Positions 57,795-64,000 of a DNA stretch of 64,000 nucleotides are shown one piece after another; position 1 is the first letter of the stretch; every line of letters begins with the position of its first letter. The position numbers were made by a program, and so were the translations under genes. Source of the stretch: Pirellulales bacterium (GTDB taxonomy: Bacteria > Planctomycetota > Planctomycetia > Pirellulales > JAICIG01); the NCBI GenBank assembly GCA_035547915.1, contig DASZTS010000014.1:53134-117133 (forward strand), in the 5' to 3' direction. The notes under the pieces are model-generated. The model ran no database searches, was not told the DNA's origin, and saw only the letters and a list, made by a program, of their open reading frames with translations.

Positions 57795-58868
57795 ATGAGC
57801 TCGATCTTTCGTGTGGCGCTCACGGGCGATTTTCTCGATGAATCGGGACAACCTGGATATGGAGATCTGGGGCTGCCGTTGTGGGCCGACATGCCGTCGA
57901 TCCGCTATCACTTTCTGCGCGACCAGGCGCCGCGCGATGATGCGGCCTATTGGCGGAATTTCTATTCAATGGAGGTCGAATCGCGGCACATCTCCGACGT
58001 CGATGGGTTGGTTGTGCTGCGGCCATGGGTCAAGAGGACAACCTTCGCCGAAGGCGCTGAGACCTTGGTCGTCATCGGTCGCTCGGGAGCCGGCTACGAC
58101 AAGATCGATGTCGAGGCCTGCACCGAGAATGACGTGGCGCTCTTCAATGCTCCGCACGGCCTGCACCATGCCACGGCGTCGTCGGCGCTGCTGTTCATGC
58201 TCGCGCTCGCGAAGCGGCTGCCGGAGCAAGAACGAGTGGCCCGCACGGGCGACTGGCGGCAGCAGCCGCGGATCATGGGAGGCGAACTGCTCGGTCGCAC
58301 ACTGGGTATCGTCGGCCTTGGTAATAGTGGCCGCGAACTGGCCCGTCTCGTCGCACCTTTCGAGATGACGGTGCTGGCCTACTCGGAGCATACCGAGCCT
58401 TCGCAGGCCGCCGAATTGGGCGTCCGTCTCGTACCACTCGACGAGTTATTACGCTCGGCTGATGTCGTGAGCTTGCACAGCCGCCTCACACCGGCCAGCC
58501 GAGGCATGATCGGCGCCGCGCAGCTCGCCCTTTTGAAGCCGACGGCGTTCTTTGTGAACGTGGCGCGGGGGGAGCTGGTCGATCAGGCGGCACTGGTGAC
58601 GTTGCTGCGCGAGCGGCGCATCGCCGGCGCGGCACTCGATGTCTTCGAGCATGAGCCACTCCCGGCCGATGATCCTCTCACGTCTCTCGACAACGTGATT
58701 CTCACACCGCACTGGAACGCTTCGACAAGCGACGTGTGGCGGGCCACCGGCCGTGCCATGGCGCTGGGCATCCTGCGCGCCGCCCGCGGCGAACTGCCCG
58801 AAAACATCGTTAATCGCGACGTGCTCGGACGGCAAGGGTTCATCGACAAGCTGAAGCGATTTGCCTAA
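57795..58868 (+). CDS. D-isomer-specific 2-hydroxyacid dehydrogenase (NAD-binding)
   Basis: GIVGLGNSGRELA Rossmann motif and catalytic-domain layout. ATG at 57795 (MSSIFRVALTGDFL). Confidence 0.8.
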   Translation: MSSIFRVALTGDFLDESGQPGYGDLGLPLWADMPSIRYHFLRDQAPRDDAAYWRNFYSMEVESRHISDVDGLVVLRPWVKRTTFAEGAETLVVIGRSGAGYDKIDVEACTENDVALFNAPHGLHHATASSALLFMLALAKRLPEQERVARTGDWRQQPRIMGGELLGRTLGIVGLGNSGRELARLVAPFEMTVLAYSEHTEPSQAAELGVRLVPLDELLRSADVVSLHSRLTPASRGMIGAAQLALLKPTAFFVNVARGELVDQAALVTLLRERRIAGAALDVFEHEPLPADDPLTSLDNVILTPHWNASTSDVWRATGRAMALGILRAARGELPENIVNRDVLGRQGFIDKLKRFA

Positions 58869-59280
58869 GAAGTCTTCTTGCCCGGCGCCTTGATGTATTC
58901 AACGCGCCGGAACCGCAAGGCCGACCAATCGTCGTCGATGGAGATTTGGCGAACGGAATCGAAGCCCGCCGCGCGGACTGCGTCCCAGCCCGTATCGCGG
59001 TTGAAGTCGCACTGATATTGCTTGGAAGAGCCTTTGGGATAGGCGAACCAGAGCAACGCATCGCCCGCGGCTTTGCGGCACAGGGCTTTGGCCAACCGAT
59101 CGACCTCCGCCTGTTTGACGGCGAACGCCAAGGCGAAGTGAAATGCCTTGGTTGACTTGGGATCGCGTAGAATCGTGACGTCTTGCAATCGGGCCAACCC
59201 GGCTCGAAACTGGCGGGCGCATTGACGACGAGGATCTCGGTTTGATCCTTCAGATTGAGCTTCTCGAAGACGGAAGCCAT
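58865..59280 (-). pseudogene. DUF3052-like gene interrupted by a frameshift at a short G/C run
   Basis: N-terminus (MASVFEKLNLKDQTEILVVNAPASFEP) runs from 59280 in one frame. The conserved remainder (…ILRDPKSTKAFHFALAF…LLWFAYPKG…) continues in the +1 frame down to 58865. The switch is at the CCGGG run near 59196-59202. Confidence 0.4.
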
Positions 59281-59353
59281 GCTCGCTCACCAGCACTGAG
59301 AAGTCTCGATCAAGGTCGCGTCGCGTTCGGCCGGCCATGCATTATAATCCGGC

Positions 59354-59878
59354 ATGGCTCTCGTCGATGTGACCGTGTATTACCTCGAAATGCTGCAAAA
59401 ACCCCCGCAGCAGATCGTGTCGGCACCGCGGACCAGCCTGACCGTGGTCCGGGCCGTGCAGCCGACCGTCGGATTCTACCGCTTTCTCTACACGACGGTG
59501 GGTCAGGACTACAACTGGCGTAGTCGCGGGAGGCGTTCTGACGCTGAACTCGGCGCCCTGATCCAAGACCCGCTCAACGAGCTCCATGTGCTCTATGCGG
59601 ACGGCACGCCGGCCGGTTTCGCCGAGTTCGATCGGCGCGTCGTGGGCGAAATCGAGTTGATCCAATTCGGCTTGATTCCCGAATTCATCGGGCAGGGTTT
59701 GGGGAAATGGTTCCTGCAATGGACGATCGAACAAGCGTGGAGCTATCAACCCCGCCGTTATTGGCTGCACACGTGCACCCTCGACCATCCGTCCGCTCTG
59801 AACAACTATCTGCGGCGCGGCTTCACGCTTTATAGGCAAGAGACGAAACCGCAGACTGTACAGCCCGACCCGGTTTAG
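59354..59878 (+). CDS. GNAT-family N-acetyltransferase
   Basis: Acetyl-CoA-binding motif (QGLGKWFLQWTIEQAW) and GNAT fold length. Confidence 0.7.
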   Translation: MALVDVTVYYLEMLQKPPQQIVSAPRTSLTVVRAVQPTVGFYRFLYTTVGQDYNWRSRGRRSDAELGALIQDPLNELHVLYADGTPAGFAEFDRRVVGEIELIQFGLIPEFIGQGLGKWFLQWTIEQAWSYQPRRYWLHTCTLDHPSALNNYLRRGFTLYRQETKPQTVQPDPV

Positions 59879-59923
59879 CCGCGCCGAACGGTCGAAGATG
59901 ATCGCCGCAATCCTTGCGTTGCG

Positions 59924-61141
59924 TCATTGAGTGCCGGGTGTCCGTTCGTCGGGCTTGCGAGGCCTCGGCGCCGCTTCGTGTTTGACTCCGTGCAACAGTA
60001 TACTGCCGCGTTTCAAGGCGTCGGCCCCGAATCGCTCCTTGAGCGTGTCGGCCGTCTTGTCCAATCGGCTTTGACGCTCATCGACGGGATCTTCGAAAAG
60101 AGATCGCTGCGTCTGCTCCGGGTTCTCGAAGTGACTAACGCCGATGCCCAACAGGCGGATGAGCAGGCGGCGGGTGGGAAGTCGATCGACGAGCAGGCGA
60201 GCCGCCGTCTGCCAGATCACTTCGGTCACGTCGGTGGGGGCTGCCAGCGTTTCGGCACGCGTGATCGTGTGAAAATCGGCGTACCGGACCTTGATTTGCA
60301 CGGTGCGTCCACGCAGTCGGTGTCGCCGCAATCGCCACCCCACCTGCTCGGTCAATTCGGCTGCCCAGGCGCGTAGCGTCTCCATATCGTCGACATCGGA
60401 CGCAAACGTCGTTTCGTGCGAGATCGACTTCGCGTCGCGATCCGGAACGACCCGCCGCTCGTCGATGCCGTGGGCCAGTTGCCATAGGTGGTCTCCGGTC
60501 TGACCGAAATGCTTTCGCAGCAGCTCACGCGGTGTTCGCCTCACCTCTCCGATCGTCTTGATACCGAGTTCGTCGAAAACCTGGCCGGTGACGCGGCCGA
60601 CGCCCCACAATCGGCCGACCGGCAACGGGTCGAGAAACTCATGAACTCTCTCCCCATCGACCATGACCAGGCCATCGGGTTTTTTCAGGTCGCTGGCGAT
60701 CTTGGCCAGAAACTTATTGGGGGCTACGCCGACCGAGGCCGTTAGCCGCAATCGCTGGCGTATCGTCCGCTTGATCTCGCGGCCGATGTCGACGGAAGAC
60801 CCGAACAGTTGTTCGCTCCCCGTCGCATCGAGAAAGGCTTCGTCGAGCGACAGCGGTTCGACGAGCGGGGTGTATTGATCGAATATCTCGCGAATCTGCT
60901 CCGAGATCGCGGTATAGAAGGCCATGCGCGGGCGAACGACGATGGCGTGGGGACAGAGACGCAGGGCGGTCGCCGTCGGCATGGCACTATGGACGCCATA
61001 CTTGCGCACTTCGTAATTGGCCGCTGCCACCACTCCGCGCCCCTCGGGCGTGCCACCGACGATCAGCGGCTTGCCGACCAACTCGGGCTGCTCGCGCTCT
61101 TCGACCGAGGCGTAGAAGGCATCCATGTCGACATGGAGAAT
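59924..61141 (-). CDS. dinB: DNA polymerase IV (Y-family)
   Basis: MILHVDMDAFYASVEEREQPELVGKPLIVGG plus thumb and little-finger regions. The listed ORF extends upstream to 61393, but the conserved start is the Met at 61141. Confidence 0.88.
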   Translation of the reverse strand: MLHVDMDAFYASVEEREQPELVGKPLIVGGTPEGRGVVAAANYEVRKYGVHSAMPTATALRLCPHAIVVRPRMAFYTAISEQIREIFDQYTPLVEPLSLDEAFLDATGSEQLFGSSVDIGREIKRTIRQRLRLTASVGVAPNKFLAKIASDLKKPDGLVMVDGERVHEFLDPLPVGRLWGVGRVTGQVFDELGIKTIGEVRRTPRELLRKHFGQTGDHLWQLAHGIDERRVVPDRDAKSISHETTFASDVDDMETLRAWAAELTEQVGWRLRRHRLRGRTVQIKVRYADFHTITRAETLAAPTDVTEVIWQTAARLLVDRLPTRRLLIRLLGIGVSHFENPEQTQRSLFEDPVDERQSRLDKTADTLKERFGADALKRGSILLHGVKHEAAPRPRKPDERTPGTQ

Positions 61142-61398
61142 CATCCTTGCCACACCCCCGTGAGACGCAACGATGGCGCGCGGACACCGGCACGAGTGTA
61201 CTCGCGGAAACGGTCCCTTCCTCGTGGAAACTGGCAGAGTTGCCGTCGGAGACGCAGCAGTGGAGTGGACGTGAGGTTCATGCCGGTCAGTCCGAGCTGG
61301 GCGCACCGCGGTGGATGGTCTGACCGCGTTCGCGGGCGCCGCTGCGAGGCTTGTGAGGCGTTCCGATACCAGGGACAGTCTGGCGTCGCCCATGGTTC

Positions 61399-62682
61399 GT
61401 GTCCAGATTGCCTTGGGCCCTGCCGTCCTCTCGTCACGCGCGAGCAGGGGACTATCGAACGCGGCGGCGGAATCCTACCATTGCAGGCACGAAGCCGGTC
61501 GGGTGGGCCGACCTCATGCTCTGCACGGAGATGCTCATGCACTTTCTGTCCGGTGTAACGGGTCTCATCCTGATCGGGGTCGTGCTCGTCGACGCCTTCG
61601 AGGCCATGGTGCTGCCGCGCCGCGTGACGCGACCCTATCGTCTCGCGCGGGCCTTTTATCGGGTGGCCTGGGGCTTCTGGCGTGGCGTGGCTTGCCGATT
61701 GCCCAGAGGGAAACGTCGCGAGAATTTCTTGAGCGTCTTCGGCCCCTTTTCATTGATCGTGCTGTTCGTCTTGTGGGCTTGCGGTTTGATCATCGGTTTC
61801 ACGCTGATCCACTGGTCGCTCGGCACGCCGGTCTATCGCACGGTGCAGTCCGATCCCGTGACCATTGTCGACTATTTGTACTTGAGCGGCGTGACCTTTT
61901 TCACGCTCGGCTACGGCGACGTCGCGCCCACGGCGCCGCTGGGCCGACTGCTGACCGTCATCGAGGCAGGCATGGGTTTCGGCTTCTTGGGAGTTGTCGT
62001 GGGGTACTTGCCCGGCCTGTCGCAATCGTCGTCGCAGCGCGAGCTGACGATCTCGCTGCTCGACGCGCGGGCCGGTTCGCCGCCGACGGCCGCCGAAGGG
62101 ATCACGCGGGCCGCGAAGCTCGGTTACCTGTCGACCAACGCGGCTTTCTTCTCCGAGTGGGAGCACTGGGCGGCCCAGGTCCTGGAAAGCCATCTCTCCT
62201 ACCCCGTGCTGATGTATTATCGGTCCCAGCACGAGAACCAGTCGTGGTTGGCCGCGTTAACTTCCGTACTCGATTCCAGCGCGTTGATCTTGTCGGGCGT
62301 CACGAAACTGGATTCGTACCAGGCGCAACTGACCTTCGCCATGGCGCGGCACGTGCTCGTCGATCTCTCGCTCATCATCAAGGCTCAGCCGCTCGAACCC
62401 CCACCCGACCGATTGCCGCCGGAGGAGTTCGCGCGGTTGCGTACGATGTTGCACGAGGCGGGTCTCGAAATGGCCGACCCTGAGCGGGTCGAACAGCGGT
62501 TGACGGAATTGCGGGCGATGTACGAGCCGTTCGCCGGCGGGTTGGCCAAGCGGTTGCTGTTCGAGATCCCGCCGATCGTTCCGAAGGCGAAGCCGGTCGA
62601 CAACTGGCAGACCAGCGCTTGGACCCGCCGCACACCCGGCATCGGCGATCTGCCCGGCAGTCAAATCGAGGAGCATTTTTGA
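61399..62682 (+). CDS. Potassium channel family protein (pore-loop TLGYGD)
   Basis: TM helices flanking the selectivity filter FFTLGYGDVAP, with a C-terminal cytoplasmic domain. The start may be a downstream Met. Confidence 0.65.
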   Translation: MSRLPWALPSSRHARAGDYRTRRRNPTIAGTKPVGWADLMLCTEMLMHFLSGVTGLILIGVVLVDAFEAMVLPRRVTRPYRLARAFYRVAWGFWRGVACRLPRGKRRENFLSVFGPFSLIVLFVLWACGLIIGFTLIHWSLGTPVYRTVQSDPVTIVDYLYLSGVTFFTLGYGDVAPTAPLGRLLTVIEAGMGFGFLGVVVGYLPGLSQSSSQRELTISLLDARAGSPPTAAEGITRAAKLGYLSTNAAFFSEWEHWAAQVLESHLSYPVLMYYRSQHENQSWLAALTSVLDSSALILSGVTKLDSYQAQLTFAMARHVLVDLSLIIKAQPLEPPPDRLPPEEFARLRTMLHEAGLEMADPERVEQRLTELRAMYEPFAGGLAKRLLFEIPPIVPKAKPVDNWQTSAWTRRTPGIGDLPGSQIEEHF

Positions 62683-62741
62683 CCGCCGGTGGCCGAGCGT
62701 CTGCGACAATCGCCGGGTCAAGACTGTCGGTCGAACCTCAA

Positions 62742-63998
62742 TTAGCGACTGCGGTTCCAGGCGAGCGCCAGCGGGGCGGCGGCAAGGGGGGCGAGCGCCA
62801 AGGCACCGATCCCCACGAGCGCGACATACAACACGGGGCGCTGCCAGACATGCCACACGTCGGCGATCCCCATGAGCGCTGCGAGCGCCACCCAGAGGCT
62901 GGCCGCCACATAGATGGTGATCCACTCGATGAGTCGCCGGCGACGAGCCGCCACGAACATCCAAGTAGTCGCCAACATGGCGGCGACCGCGGTGGCGGAT
63001 GCCACACACTGCACGAATAACTCCTGCCCCGACCGCGAGAGGGCGAATTTTGAAAACAGCGCGAGACCGATGTACAGGGCGGGTAGGCCGCACAGCAAAA
63101 CCATCACCCACTGCGAGCGTCCCGCTAGCCCGAGGGAAGTGAGCAGCCCCATCACGGTCCAGGCGGCGATCAGGGTGGCCGGGACATAGGCCCAGTCCAA
63201 TCCCCTGGGAAACGGGCACATGGGGGAGGCGACGACCAGCACAATGAAATAGACGGCGAAGAAGGCCGCCGCCCAAATCAGCCAGCTCAGGAGCACGCTC
63301 TTGGCCGCCGCCCTGAGCGTCGCGCGCGACATCTCGACGGTCGTCAACGGGCGACTGGCCAGAAAGGTTCCGATCTCGTACGTCGTGTCGGTCGCCCCGC
63401 AGTTACCCATGATCAGTCCGCAGATCATCGCCACGGCCGAGAGCAACCCGCCGCCAACGAGCACGCTCTCGGTCAGGCCCTGCGCGGTGCGATTGAAGAG
63501 CAACCAGCCACACAGACCGAGCATCAGTCCAAGAATCACCGAGGCCGGCATCGCCGACCCCTTCTTCCTCCATTCGAACCAGGCATGTGCTTGGAAAGCC
63601 GAGCGGAAGGGCGGCCCGGCGTACGGCGCCAGCTTGAACAGTTGGTCGAGCGCGGCGACGACGCCCAGCGACGGCAAGGGCTCGCTCCGGCGATGGCGCG
63701 ATATTCCGATCACCCCCACACCGTAGGCGACGACCGCGAATGCGAGCATCGTCACGACCTCCGTGAACGTCACGTTCTGCCACATCTGCGTGGGCTGTGA
63801 AAAAGCTTCGCCGTACCGAGTCTTGAACCACAGTCCGAGCGACCCCGAGACGACCGCTAAGCCGAGCAGTATCCAGGCCGAGTCTTCGGTGAGCCAAAAG
63901 AGAGCCGTCACGGCGGCGATCGCGACTGCGGCGAACAGGGCCGGCCCCCAGAGCGGCCAGCCCAGATCGAACAGCGCATTGAGCACCGCGGTGCTCAA
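62742..63998 (-). CDS. Hypothetical polytopic membrane protein (5' end near or at window edge)
   Basis: ~418-aa ORF with at least 10 predicted hydrophobic helices. The Met at 63998 is 2 bp from the window end. Confidence 0.5.
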   Translation of the reverse strand: MSTAVLNALFDLGWPLWGPALFAAVAIAAVTALFWLTEDSAWILLGLAVVSGSLGLWFKTRYGEAFSQPTQMWQNVTFTEVVTMLAFAVVAYGVGVIGISRHRRSEPLPSLGVVAALDQLFKLAPYAGPPFRSAFQAHAWFEWRKKGSAMPASVILGLMLGLCGWLLFNRTAQGLTESVLVGGGLLSAVAMICGLIMGNCGATDTTYEIGTFLASRPLTTVEMSRATLRAAAKSVLLSWLIWAAAFFAVYFIVLVVASPMCPFPRGLDWAYVPATLIAAWTVMGLLTSLGLAGRSQWVMVLLCGLPALYIGLALFSKFALSRSGQELFVQCVASATAVAAMLATTWMFVAARRRRLIEWITIYVAASLWVALAALMGIADVWHVWQRPVLYVALVGIGALALAPLAAAPLALAWNRSR

Positions 63999-64000
63999 TG

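Overview
High-GC window that looks planctomycete (DUF1501 and PSD1/DUF1549/DUF1553 pair, giant secreted WD40 protein, RCC1 protein). Positions 1-11100 and 56100-64000 look like chromosomal core. On the left: nadD 3' end, WD40, HAD, RCC1, DUF1501, PSD1. On the right: SPFH, 2-hydroxyacid dehydrogenase, GNAT, dinB, K+ channel. Between them lies a very large tRNA gene array. Its members include noncanonical tRNAs, such as short-variable-arm tRNAs with Leu anticodons, several C33 anticodon loops, a UAU-anticodon tRNA and a 69-nt CAT tRNA. A ~38 kb mobile element is inserted right after tRNA-Pro(CGG) and splits the array into two halves, 11186-12321 and 50691-55860. The two halves carry complementary, non-redundant anticodon sets. 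The element (about 12322-50690) looks like an integrative mobilizable or conjugative element. It carries a large serine recombinase at its left edge, an excisionase-like HTH protein, a split TraG/VirD4 coupling protein, a ParB-like protein and a short C5-methyltransferase-like protein. Further in are an AlpA regulator with a P4-type tyrosine integrase, a MobF/TrwC relaxase-helicase with an adjacent AT-rich candidate oriT, and a small 2OG-oxygenase-like cassette flanked by 85-bp direct repeats. It also encodes a giant DarB-like methyltransferase-SNF2 helicase of about 1720 aa, a complete Type I R-M operon (C-like regulator, hsdM, hsdS, embedded unknown gene, hsdR), acpS, and an XRE/ImmA-controlled operon encoding a divergent thymidylate-synthase-fold protein plus a large MazG-domain fusion protein. 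That last operon is the best candidate for an undescribed nucleotide-modification or nucleotide-depletion system. Two copies of a conserved hairpin element, with compensatory base changes in the stem, sit about 100 bp upstream of leading-region genes and may be ssDNA or early promoters. Two palindromic repeat families (a ~110 bp spacer element and a ~160 bp CCCTCTCCC/GGGAGAGGG element) are scattered through the tRNA array. All coordinates and tRNA identities were read by eye from the sequence and should be confirmed with tRNAscan-SE/ARAGORN and HMM searches.
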